Shown: positions 9,981-18,970 of the stretch, one piece after another
Layout of the letters: every line of letters starts with the position of its first letter
Numbering within the stretch: the first letter of the stretch is position 1
Notes under the pieces: model-generated
What the model was told of the DNA's origin: nothing
Databases searched by the model: none
What the model saw: only the letters and a program-made list of their open reading frames with translations
Made by a program: the position numbers and the translations under genes
NCBI GenBank assembly: GCA_033763315.1
Contig: JANRKS010000036.1
Coordinates: forward strand, 1-64,000
Length of the DNA stretch: 64,000 bases
Source: Deltaproteobacteria bacterium
Lineage (GTDB): Bacteria; Myxococcota_A; Polyangia; Fen-1088
Reading direction: 5' to 3'

Positions 9981-11073
9981 AGCCTCTCGCATCGCCGGCC
10001 TGGGTGTGTGGTTGCCGCCACAGCGGCGTGGCAACGATCATTGGCCAAGCACGTGGAAGCCCCTTTCGGAAAGTGCGCGCCGCAAAGACATCTTGGCTCT
10101 GGAACGGACCAGCGGTGGCGATACACCAGAGCTGGCACCAGAGATCGTGCAGGCCATGCGTGCGCACGACGCCGATCCGTTTCGGGGCGCGCGCTTTCGG
10201 CACGTCATCGATGACGGCATGGAGGTCTCTGATATGGAGGCGCTTGCGGCGAGGGCGGCCATGGCGGATGCGCAAATTGAGCCACAGGAGATCGATCTGG
10301 TCCTCGTGGCCTCGCCCGTGCCTGATCGCATTTTGCCCGGCAATGGCCCGGCCCTGGCTCACAAGTGCGGCCTCGTCAATGCCGTGGCGTGGAACTATGA
10401 AGTGGGCTGTGCGGTGTTCCTGCCGATGCTGGTGACGGCGGACGCCCTGATCCGCACGGGTGCGTACAAAAACGTTCTCGTGGTGGCTTCGTCAGCTTTG
10501 ACTCGCGTTTTGGATTACACGGCCCCCATGTCAGCTGCGTTTGGTGATGGCGCTGCCGCCGCCGTGATCACCGCCGGTCCTGACGGATTTGGTTTGCTCG
10601 GGCACTGGATGCGCACGGACGGAGCGCTTCGCGAGGGCGCCGTTTTCGCACCCGTTGTGCAAGGGCAACCCGTGCGCGCGTGGACACGCGCCAACGGCGA
10701 GGTCCGCTTGATGTCGTTCGATCCCGACGCCATCAAGAACGCCGGACGCCAGGCGGTGCACTATTGCAAAGAAGCTTGTGCAGGGGCGCTTCAGGCTGCC
10801 GGCAAAACCATGAACGATATGGCCCTGTATGTGGGCGCGCAAAGCCAAGGATGGTTCGTAGAAGGCTGTCGGCTTGGCTTGGGTCTCCCGGCAGAAAAAA
10901 CGATCGATACATTTGCCGAAGTCGCGAACATCGGACCCGCAACGCTGCTTTTTAACTTACATCAAGCACGTTCCCTCGGGCGTCTACATCCGGGGGACCA
11001 CGTTTTGATGTATTCACCTGGCGTTGGCCTGACGCGGGCGGCGGCCTGCTATCGCGTCGCGGAGCCAGCATGA
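9970..11073 (+). CDS. 3-oxoacyl-ACP synthase III (FabH)-like enzyme, non-canonical
   Basis: Active Cys in EVGCAVF, FGDGAAAAV, ANIGPA (Asn), GVGLT. The His position reads VGAQSQ. Confidence 0.9.
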   Translation: MIAKASRIAGLGVWLPPQRRGNDHWPSTWKPLSESARRKDILALERTSGGDTPELAPEIVQAMRAHDADPFRGARFRHVIDDGMEVSDMEALAARAAMADAQIEPQEIDLVLVASPVPDRILPGNGPALAHKCGLVNAVAWNYEVGCAVFLPMLVTADALIRTGAYKNVLVVASSALTRVLDYTAPMSAAFGDGAAAAVITAGPDGFGLLGHWMRTDGALREGAVFAPVVQGQPVRAWTRANGEVRLMSFDPDAIKNAGRQAVHYCKEACAGALQAAGKTMNDMALYVGAQSQGWFVEGCRLGLGLPAEKTIDTFAEVANIGPATLLFNLHQARSLGRLHPGDHVLMYSPGVGLTRAAACYRVAEPA

Positions 11074-12671
11074 AGCCAAAGATCAATGTCTGGCTTGCGT
11101 GGGATCACCCGGCCTTGCTGCGCGAACTCGAAGCTGCGCTGGAGGACGCCCCGTTCACGATTGCCCACACGTGCCACATCAATGAACTGCCCGTTGATCT
11201 CGTGAATTGCCACCTCGTTATCGTGGACCAATCACAAAGCGTTGCGCCCGCGACTTTGCGCCTCTACTCACTTTGTGAGGCAAACCCAGAAACGATCGTG
11301 CTGGTGGTGGTTAACGACCGCAATGACGTTGAACGTGAGCTGCTGGGTGCGGGGGTGTTCGCGGTGTTAGATAGCCAAACCATGATTTCGCGCGAACTGC
11401 TTGCTGCGGCGGCCGCCGCTGAACGACTGCTGGCGATGCAACAGAAGCAAAAGCAGATGTCCGCCAACTTGGCCCATCAAGACAAGATAGCTGCGATCGG
11501 CGTGCTTGCCGCTGGCGTGAGCCACGAAGTTAACAACCCATGCGCCGCCATACTTTCAAACGTTTCAAGTTTGCGTGAAGACTTAGAAGCGCTGATGCGT
11601 CGACCGCGCGCCCAGCGGTTGCAGGCGCTCGATGCGTTCGCCGCCGAAGCCATGGCGGCCTTCAGTGACTGCATAGGCGCAGGCCACCGCATCGCCGACA
11701 TCGTCAACACCTTGAACCTGTTCTCGCGCAAAGAGGACACCTCTGAGCTCGTCAGCATTGACGTGAACCATGAAGTGCAAATGGTGTTGAGGCTGCTCGG
11801 CCGCGAGGTTAAATATCAGGCCTCCTTCACCGTTGAGCTTGGGCAAGACCTGCCGAAGGTGACAGGTCCACGCAATAGCTTAGCTCAGGTGCTGACGAAT
11901 CTGGTGGTGAACGCCCTTGATGCCACGGCTGGAATGTCGAAATCCAACCGCAAGATTTGGATCAAGACTGTGTGTGACGCCGAGTACGTGGTGCTCCAAG
12001 TGGGTGACAATGGTCCTGGCATCGACCTTGAACTTGCACCGCGCGTTTTTGATCCGTTTTTCACGACCAAGGCACACGGCGAAGGCACGGGCTTGGGACT
12101 GGCCATAACGCGCCAACTGGTCCAGCAGCTCAATGGCGAGATCATGGTCGAGTCTGCCCCGGGTGCGGGCGCCACGTTCACCGTCTTTTTGGAGAGAACT
12201 CGGGGAATGCCCGCGGCACCTGCTCCCACTTCACATCAGCCGATCAGCACCATGCGGTTGCGCGTTTTGCTCGTGGACGACGATCCCTTCTTTCCGCCAG
12301 CGCTAGCGAGGGCGCTCGGGCGCCAGTTCGAGCTGCAGACGGCACGAAGCGCTGCAGAGGCGAAAACGCTGCTTCACGATGACAAAAACTTCGACGCCGT
12401 TTTGGTGGATGTCATCATGCCCGATATGGATGGTGTGGGCTTTTTCACGTGGCTGTCGCGGCAGCACCCTGCCCTGCGCACGCGCGTGATCTTCTTGACA
12501 GGCGGGGTAACGGGTCGGGCCTTGACCGAATCCTTGGAAGCAACCTTGCGACCGTGTTTGACCAAACCGGTGGATCAACAAGAGCTGGTAGCGTTGATCA
12601 GATCTTTGGCGAGGGAAGAAAGAACTTCCCACGAAGGCGTGGATCCCGCCAGCCAAAGGACTGCGGGATGA
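11070..12671 (+). CDS. Soluble hybrid sensor histidine kinase (degenerate REC - HisKA - HATPase - REC)
   Basis: AGVSHEVNNP, NLVVNALDA, DNGPGI, FDPFFTTK, GTGLGL; C-terminal LLVDDD...DVIMP...TKP. No TM helix. Confidence 0.92.
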   Translation: MKPKINVWLAWDHPALLRELEAALEDAPFTIAHTCHINELPVDLVNCHLVIVDQSQSVAPATLRLYSLCEANPETIVLVVVNDRNDVERELLGAGVFAVLDSQTMISRELLAAAAAAERLLAMQQKQKQMSANLAHQDKIAAIGVLAAGVSHEVNNPCAAILSNVSSLREDLEALMRRPRAQRLQALDAFAAEAMAAFSDCIGAGHRIADIVNTLNLFSRKEDTSELVSIDVNHEVQMVLRLLGREVKYQASFTVELGQDLPKVTGPRNSLAQVLTNLVVNALDATAGMSKSNRKIWIKTVCDAEYVVLQVGDNGPGIDLELAPRVFDPFFTTKAHGEGTGLGLAITRQLVQQLNGEIMVESAPGAGATFTVFLERTRGMPAAPAPTSHQPISTMRLRVLLVDDDPFFPPALARALGRQFELQTARSAAEAKTLLHDDKNFDAVLVDVIMPDMDGVGFFTWLSRQHPALRTRVIFLTGGVTGRALTESLEATLRPCLTKPVDQQELVALIRSLAREERTSHEGVDPASQRTAG

Positions 12672-13342
12672 GCGGGATCGAAACACCTGAACCAGAGGTC
12701 TCGTACAATGGGGAAGTGCCTCGCCTGCAGGAGGGCGGCGTCAATTGGCTTGTGGTTGAGGATGATCCCCATGTCGCTCGTGCGATAGAACGCATTTTGA
12801 CCAAATATGGATACGTGTGGCGTGCCGCGAACCTCGCAGCTGCCTTCACGCGCATCGAAGCCTTCAGCGACTACACTGGTTTGGTGTTGGATGTGAAGCT
12901 TCCGGACGGCAGCGGCCTCGACGCATTACGAGAGTTTCGCGCACGCGGGTGTGAAGCGCCCGCCTTGGTGATGACCGCGCACAACGACCGCGAGAACATC
13001 AACACGGCACAGTTGCTTGGTGCGCAGTTTTTGTGGAAGCCTTGGTCGAATGAGAACCTCCGCACATTTGTAGATCACGCGCTCGATTGGCGTGCGGCCC
13101 GTAGCGATCTGAGGACGTGTTTGGCGCAACTTGTGGAGCGGCACGCGCTGTCGTCGCGCGAAACTGAAGTGGTGCGTTTGGTGACGGTCGGTTGGCCCGT
13201 CGAAGCGTTGGCGGGGATGATGGACGTCTCAGAGAACACGATTAAGACCACCATCCGGCGTTTGCTCCAAAAGACCAGCGCCAAATCTGTTGCAGAGCTT
13301 GCAAGGGGCTTGCACCGACAGCTGCTCAACCCCCGCCAATGA
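12668..13342 (+). CDS. LuxR/FixJ-type response regulator
   Basis: LVVEDD, LDVKLPDGSGLD, MTAH, WKP, HTH LSSRETEV...SENTIKT. ATG overlaps the kinase stop (ATGA). Confidence 0.9.
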   Translation: MSGIETPEPEVSYNGEVPRLQEGGVNWLVVEDDPHVARAIERILTKYGYVWRAANLAAAFTRIEAFSDYTGLVLDVKLPDGSGLDALREFRARGCEAPALVMTAHNDRENINTAQLLGAQFLWKPWSNENLRTFVDHALDWRAARSDLRTCLAQLVERHALSSRETEVVRLVTVGWPVEALAGMMDVSENTIKTTIRRLLQKTSAKSVAELARGLHRQLLNPRQ

Positions 13343-13476
13343 CGCCGCTCATGCGGCGGACGGCGGGATGGCACCGGTTTGCACGGAGCGAAAGGGGGAT
13401 CGTTGAGGCGTTGCTCGCATCGTAAGAGTTACTCTGTGACCCACGTGGCAAGCTCGTGATAAACATGGCGGCGCAC

Positions 13477-15501
13477 ATGCGACTGCCTGCCCCTTTGTTT
13501 GTTCTGACGCCCCTCCTCGTGTTGGGCATCCACAGCTGCGGAACCTCTGGCTCGGCGGGCGCACGCCGTGACCCCACCCGCAGCACCGAGGCCCTACCCA
13601 ATGCCGTGTGGCTGGAGAAGCTCGATCTCACGAAGATGTCAAAGCGCGGCCGTTGGGCAACCAACGCGGGCAAGTCGACGGGCCAAAACCCTTTGCGCAT
13701 CGGCGGCGCCGAGTTTCCCCACGGCGTGGGCATGCACGCACCCGGAGGCATGCTGATACGCCTGCATGGCGTGGCCTTGCGTTTTGTGGCGCGCGTGGGT
13801 CTCGATGATGAGCCGGCCACCGAATATGGGACGGGCAGCGTTTCATTTGAAGCGTGGGTGGACGGCAGGCTGAGCGTGGCGACGCCTGTGCTGAGCAAAG
13901 GCCAAAGCCAGCTATTGGACGTGGATCTCAAGGGTGCGCAAACGCTGGAGCTCCTGACGATGGATGGCGACGACGGCAGCAATGGCGATCACGCCGACTG
14001 GGCCGGCGCTCAAATCGTTCTCGCCTCGGCGCGGTCGCAGCAACCAGAAGCTTTCATTCCACCGGCCGAGCCTGCGCCTCCCATCGCCGCTTCAGATGAA
14101 AAAGTTTTGCGGCTCAACGGCCCACGCGTCGTGGGCACGACGCCAGGCAGGCCTTTCGTCTACCGGTTGCCGATCACTGGCCCACGGCCGCTCCGAGTGG
14201 CTGCACAAGGGCTGCCGCGCGGTTTGAAGTTGGATCCCACAACCGGCATCATCCGCGGCAAGGTGGCGCGCGCCGGTCGCAACGTCGTCAAGCTCCGTAT
14301 CACCAGCAAAACGCTGCGCAAAGATGAGACCCTGGCGATCGATGCGGGCCTCGGCAAGTTGGCGCTGACACCACCCATGGGTTGGAGCTCATGGAATGTG
14401 TATGGCGTGGACATCGACGGCGAAAAGATGCTCGCCACCGCCGACGCTTTGGTGCGCACCGGGCTTGCCAACTATGGCTACAACTATGTCAACATGGACG
14501 ACGGTTGGACGAACGGCCGCGACGACAAAGGCCGCCTGCGTGTGGCGGCAAAGATGGGGGCTCTGCGCAAACTCGCCGATCACATCCACGATCTTGGGTT
14601 GCGGTTCGGCGTGTATTCATCGCCGGGGCCCAAAACCTGCGGTGGATATGAAGGCAGCTTGGGCCACGAAATGGACGACGCGCATTCGTGGGAGCAGTGG
14701 CAAGTCGATTACCTCAAACATGATTGGTGCAGCTACGAAAAGATCGCCACTGACGAATCAAGTTTGGTGGCCTTGCAAAAGCCCTACGTCGTCATGAACG
14801 CGGCGTTGGAAACCGTGGAGCGCGACATCGTTTATGCGCTTTGCCAGTACGGAATCGGCGGCGTGTGGAATTGGGGCGGCTCACCGCAAGTGGGCGGTCA
14901 CTTGTGGCGCACCACCGGTGATCTTATCGATACCTGGGGCAGCATGTGGGGCATCGGGTTTGGGCAAAACATGGCGGCCCCCCATGCGGGACCAGGCGGC
15001 TGGAACGATCCTGATATGTTGGTGGTCGGTTGGACGGGTGGGTGGGAAGGGCCCGCGCGCCCCACCCGTTTGCTGCCCAACGAACAGATCCTGCACGTGA
15101 CCCAGTGGAGCTTGTTGGCGGCGCCGCTCATCTTGGGTTTGGAGTTGTCCAAGCTTGACGATTTTACGCGCGCCTTGCTCACCAACGAGGAAGTGATCGC
15201 CGTGGATCAAGACGCCCTTGGCAAAGCGGCCACGCGCCGCAAACGCGAAGGACGCACAGAGGTGTGGGCGCGGCCGTTGGAAGATGGAACGGTGGCGGTC
15301 GGCCTTTACAACTTGGGTTGGCAACACACCACTGTGTCAATCACTTGGGCCGATCTGAACCTGAAGGGACCACAGCCAGTGCGTGACCTATGGCAGAGAA
15401 AGGACATCGGCGTGCTGAATGAAAGCGTGGGCCTCGACGTGCCTCAACACGGCGCCGTGTTGTTAAAGGTGGGCAAACCCAACGTGGCGGCCACGCGTTG
15501 A
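13477..15501 (+). CDS. Secreted alpha-galactosidase, GH27, with NPCBM and Ig-like (He_PIG) domains
   Basis: HGVGMHA...DGSNGDHADW (NPCBM), GLPRGLKLDPTTGII, LALTPPMGWSSWN, NMDDGW, DYLKHDWC, WRTTGD, GWNDPDML. Confidence 0.92.
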   Translation: MRLPAPLFVLTPLLVLGIHSCGTSGSAGARRDPTRSTEALPNAVWLEKLDLTKMSKRGRWATNAGKSTGQNPLRIGGAEFPHGVGMHAPGGMLIRLHGVALRFVARVGLDDEPATEYGTGSVSFEAWVDGRLSVATPVLSKGQSQLLDVDLKGAQTLELLTMDGDDGSNGDHADWAGAQIVLASARSQQPEAFIPPAEPAPPIAASDEKVLRLNGPRVVGTTPGRPFVYRLPITGPRPLRVAAQGLPRGLKLDPTTGIIRGKVARAGRNVVKLRITSKTLRKDETLAIDAGLGKLALTPPMGWSSWNVYGVDIDGEKMLATADALVRTGLANYGYNYVNMDDGWTNGRDDKGRLRVAAKMGALRKLADHIHDLGLRFGVYSSPGPKTCGGYEGSLGHEMDDAHSWEQWQVDYLKHDWCSYEKIATDESSLVALQKPYVVMNAALETVERDIVYALCQYGIGGVWNWGGSPQVGGHLWRTTGDLIDTWGSMWGIGFGQNMAAPHAGPGGWNDPDMLVVGWTGGWEGPARPTRLLPNEQILHVTQWSLLAAPLILGLELSKLDDFTRALLTNEEVIAVDQDALGKAATRRKREGRTEVWARPLEDGTVAVGLYNLGWQHTTVSITWADLNLKGPQPVRDLWQRKDIGVLNESVGLDVPQHGAVLLKVGKPNVAATR

Positions 15502-15517
15502 ACAACTGCCAGGGTGG

Positions 15518-17017
15518 CTACCGTGGCACAGGCAAAGTGACCAAGAAACCATCGGCGCGCAACAACGAGGCATCGCCGTCGGCCGAGTGTGTGCCGGGGC
15601 CATTCAACATGCCGCCAATCAACAACTGGGCGTCGCCGTAACCAAGCACAAACCGCGCTTCATTGTGGCGCAGGCCCTGAGGCAAAGCCAGGCTCGTGGT
15701 TTCGCCAACCTCCGGCCATTTGCGCGCGAACCCTTGCGATGATTCAGTGATGCTTAGACCATTCGGGTTCTGCGCATAACCGCTCGCGCCCACAACCACC
15801 ACGGTGTTTTCGTCCAACGGCAGCAGATCGAAAGCAATGTCGCCCGCGTTGACGTCAAGCTCACGCGTTTTCACAGCGCCAGTGCCGCCATCGATCTTCG
15901 CAACCAGCACGTCGAATCCCGTGCCCTGTGCGTTCCAATGCTCGGTGCGCCCCACCACATACGCGCCGCCATCCACCGCACGCAGCGATTGCAATTCGTC
16001 AGCCCCCATGGTTGTGATGACCGATGTTCCCAGCCGCCCCCCCGCAGGCGAAAGGCGCGTGACATAGGAATCCCAAGCGTCTGGATCGCCCATCAAGGTT
16101 TCACCGAATACGGCCTTGTGGACCTTCAGAATCTGAGCGGTGGCGATGTCTGGATAACGTACGCCAACGTAGATGAGGCCATCGGGGCCGACCGCCAGAT
16201 GCACGGCATACTGTGCATTCACCAATCCAAAAGTATCGTAGCTGCCGCCGGTTAAGCCAAGCGGCGGTATCGACAATGGAGGGACCACAAGCGCCCGTGA
16301 CAAAAGCGAGAAGGCGTCGCCCCCGCCATATCCCACGCGATAAGCAATCACCGAGTTGCGTCCGGTACGTGTGGCCAGCACCACCACCTCGCCTTGGGCG
16401 GCGATGCGACCGGTGTCATATGTGGCCTTCGTGATCGGGCCCGCGGGCGGGGGCACCTGTGGTAAGTCCGTGTCGATTAAAGGATCTTGTACATCCCAAA
16501 CGCCCAACACTTCACCTGTCTCGTTGGTGCGTTCCAGCGAAGAGCCGTCCTTGGTGGCAAACAACAGAGTGAATTCACCACTGGGATGCAACGCCGCATC
16601 TAGCAGGTAGCGCATGCCCGATGATCCGCGGCTGCGGATTACAGCTCCGTCGGTTTTCAACCAGCGTATGGATCGACTCGGATACCCCAGTTCCGTGCGC
16701 AGATTTAAGGGACGATCCAACACGACAGCAAAGATCCTGCCTTGCACCAGCGCCTTGAGCGGGTAGAGGCCATCGAATCTTAAGTCAAGCTGGGGTGGCC
16801 GGAGCGCATCATCAACAACGCTGCCGTCAAACCCCGCATCGGACGCATCGGAGCGAGCGTCGCCAACATCGGACACGTGAGCGTCGAAAGCATCACCAAC
16901 GGCGGCATCGGCAGGTGCGTCTGTGGACGCATCGGCGTCAGGGCCGTCCAATCCGGAATCGTTATCACACGCCGAAAAGAGCAGCAAACAGACCGGGATA
17001 AGTGAAAGGTATTTCAT
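15518..17017 (-). CDS. Hypothetical lipoprotein, probable beta-propeller
   Basis: Lipobox LFSAC, Asp/Ala-rich linker, then repeated beta-strand blocks. Confidence 0.7.
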   Translation of the reverse strand: MKYLSLIPVCLLLFSACDNDSGLDGPDADASTDAPADAAVGDAFDAHVSDVGDARSDASDAGFDGSVVDDALRPPQLDLRFDGLYPLKALVQGRIFAVVLDRPLNLRTELGYPSRSIRWLKTDGAVIRSRGSSGMRYLLDAALHPSGEFTLLFATKDGSSLERTNETGEVLGVWDVQDPLIDTDLPQVPPPAGPITKATYDTGRIAAQGEVVVLATRTGRNSVIAYRVGYGGGDAFSLLSRALVVPPLSIPPLGLTGGSYDTFGLVNAQYAVHLAVGPDGLIYVGVRYPDIATAQILKVHKAVFGETLMGDPDAWDSYVTRLSPAGGRLGTSVITTMGADELQSLRAVDGGAYVVGRTEHWNAQGTGFDVLVAKIDGGTGAVKTRELDVNAGDIAFDLLPLDENTVVVVGASGYAQNPNGLSITESSQGFARKWPEVGETTSLALPQGLRHNEARFVLGYGDAQLLIGGMLNGPGTHSADGDASLLRADGFLVTLPVPR

Positions 17018-17083
17018 GAGTCGCAGGTTCTCGTCATTTTGACAATTTTAGGACCGGGCACACAACAGGTATACGATGCTTAG

Positions 17084-17479
17084 ATGCCTGGCAAACCCTA
17101 CCTTGTGGCCCTATTTTCAGTCCTGTTGACCGCCTTCGCTTCAATCTCGTGCGGCAGTGACGAAACCGAAGCCGATAAGCGGGGCGTGGGCGCAAGCTGC
17201 AGCACGAACGCCGATTGTTCTGAGAAGGGCCAAACCTGTTTGGCCTTCAAGGGCGGGTATTGCGGGGTTGCCGATTGCGTAGACGACACGGGATGTCCCG
17301 CCGCCTCGGCGTGCGTCAAGCATACCGATGGCAAGAACTATTGCTTTCGAACGTGCGTGGAGAAGCCCGACTGCAACGCCAATCGTCCCGTTGAATCTGA
17401 AGCCAACTGCTCGTCAAATCCAACGTTGGTGTCGGGCGCGAAGAACACCAAGGTTTGCGTTCCGCCAAGCGGTTCTTAA
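17084..17479 (+). CDS. Cys-rich lipoprotein
   Basis: Lipobox ASISC plus 12 more Cys in CxxxxDC/GYC repeats. Confidence 0.75.
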   Translation: MPGKPYLVALFSVLLTAFASISCGSDETEADKRGVGASCSTNADCSEKGQTCLAFKGGYCGVADCVDDTGCPAASACVKHTDGKNYCFRTCVEKPDCNANRPVESEANCSSNPTLVSGAKNTKVCVPPSGS

Positions 17480-17502
17480 ACCAAGCCTTCTCGACTCGCT
17501 CC

Positions 17503-18970
17503 CTACCCTCGCACCGGCGCGTAAGCGCTGAGGCCAAACTTCGGATCACCGAACCCCGCGCCCGGGACGCTCGCGCCCACGGCCTCGGCGATCGCCGCAA
17601 ACACACCATTGGGCGCCGTGTCTGCGCTCAGCTTGACGTGGCGGCCTGTCTTAAAGAAACCGTTGGCGTTGCCTGCCATCACCCAAGGGAGCCGTCGCAC
17701 TTGGTGTCCACCGCCATCCGACAACGTGTCTGCGTAAAGTACGATCGTGTTGTCGAGCATCGTGCCACCCTGATCGGTCTCAGCCGCCAATCGCTTTACC
17801 AGATACGCGTACTGCTCGAACATCCAGCGGTTGGCGTCACGGTACATCGTCATTCCGGGCTCTTGCCCACTGCTGTGGGCCATGGCGTGCAAGTGCGAAC
17901 TGTTAAATTCGCTGATCGAAGTGGAGCCCAGGTTGGGGTTAATGTCCTTTAGCCACGAGAAGTAGGCATGGTATCCGTTGGTGTCATACAGCGAGTAGCA
18001 CGCTGTGCGCGTGATGCCGCATTTTATGGCATCAACGATGCATGTCCATCATCAGCTTCGACCGCCCAGGCACATTGGCTTCGTTCTTGACCAAGTAATC
18101 CAGTGTGGGAGCCGCGGGCGTCTTGCACATCGCGGGGGGCGATGAGAGCAACCGGTTGAGCTCGTCTTGACGTCGATGCACGCTTGTGAGGTGTGCCTCG
18201 GCTGCCTGGCGATCGTCCCTGCCAAGGTTCTTGGCAAAACGTTCAAGATCTTTGCCGACAAAATCAAGCAGCCGCACACGCTTGCGCCACAGGCCCTCAT
18301 TTGCCACGCCGCCTGTGCTCAGCTGCCGGCCACCGAAGATCTTCGTGAATACAGTTTTGACGTCAGGCTCAGGCGGGTTCGGCACATCCTTGTCGAACCA
18401 CGAGGGGCAGCTCATGCCGGATCCACGTCGTGCTGTAGATAGATCGTCTGCATTGAGTGAAAGGTGCAGGGAATCAAACGCGAGGCTCGGATCCTTTTTG
18501 CGCAAAGCCTGCCCCACGAAACAGTCGAGCGAGGCGCTGCCCGCACCCATGTGGCATCCACCCGCGTTCAGCCGGCAGCCCCCGTCAGAGCTGGTGGCCG
18601 GACCTGGCAGCGTCCCCGTAAGCAAGTTGCCCCAATTGTGATGAGCGTCGCCATTGTCACCAGTGGTGTTGCCTTCGCTTTTGAGCCAGTTGCGTAAGGT
18701 GATGCCGTCTAAGAACAGCAGCTTCTCGCGCAGGTCTTTCAAGGGCGCCACCACGTGCGGAAACACAGCGCCGTTGAGGCTTCCATCCGCCCCCGCCCCC
18801 GTGGGCCAAAAGGTTTCAGCCCGCGTGCCGTTGCCTTTGACCACTGTGATAAGGCGTCCGAGCCCGCTGGCGGCGCTGGCGTGCCGGGTTTCAGCCAGCA
18901 CCGGAAGCATGCCGGCGCCAACGCCAAGCGCACGTAAGAACGATCGGCGTTTAAGTTCCCACCTCGTCAT
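17503..18970 (-). pseudogene. DUF1552 family Tat-exported protein interrupted by a 1-bp frameshift at about 18040-18041
   Basis: Tat motif KRRSFLR. ORF 18032-18970 stops at MMDMHR*. Removing one base gives MD(M/I)IVDAIKCGITRTA..., which joins ORF 17503-17892 (GTMLDNTIVLY, H...LPWVMAG, FKTGRHV). Confidence 0.8.

Noticed and set aside
17503-17892. Separate 129-aa gene
   Set aside because: It is the C-terminal part of the frameshifted DUF1552 gene.
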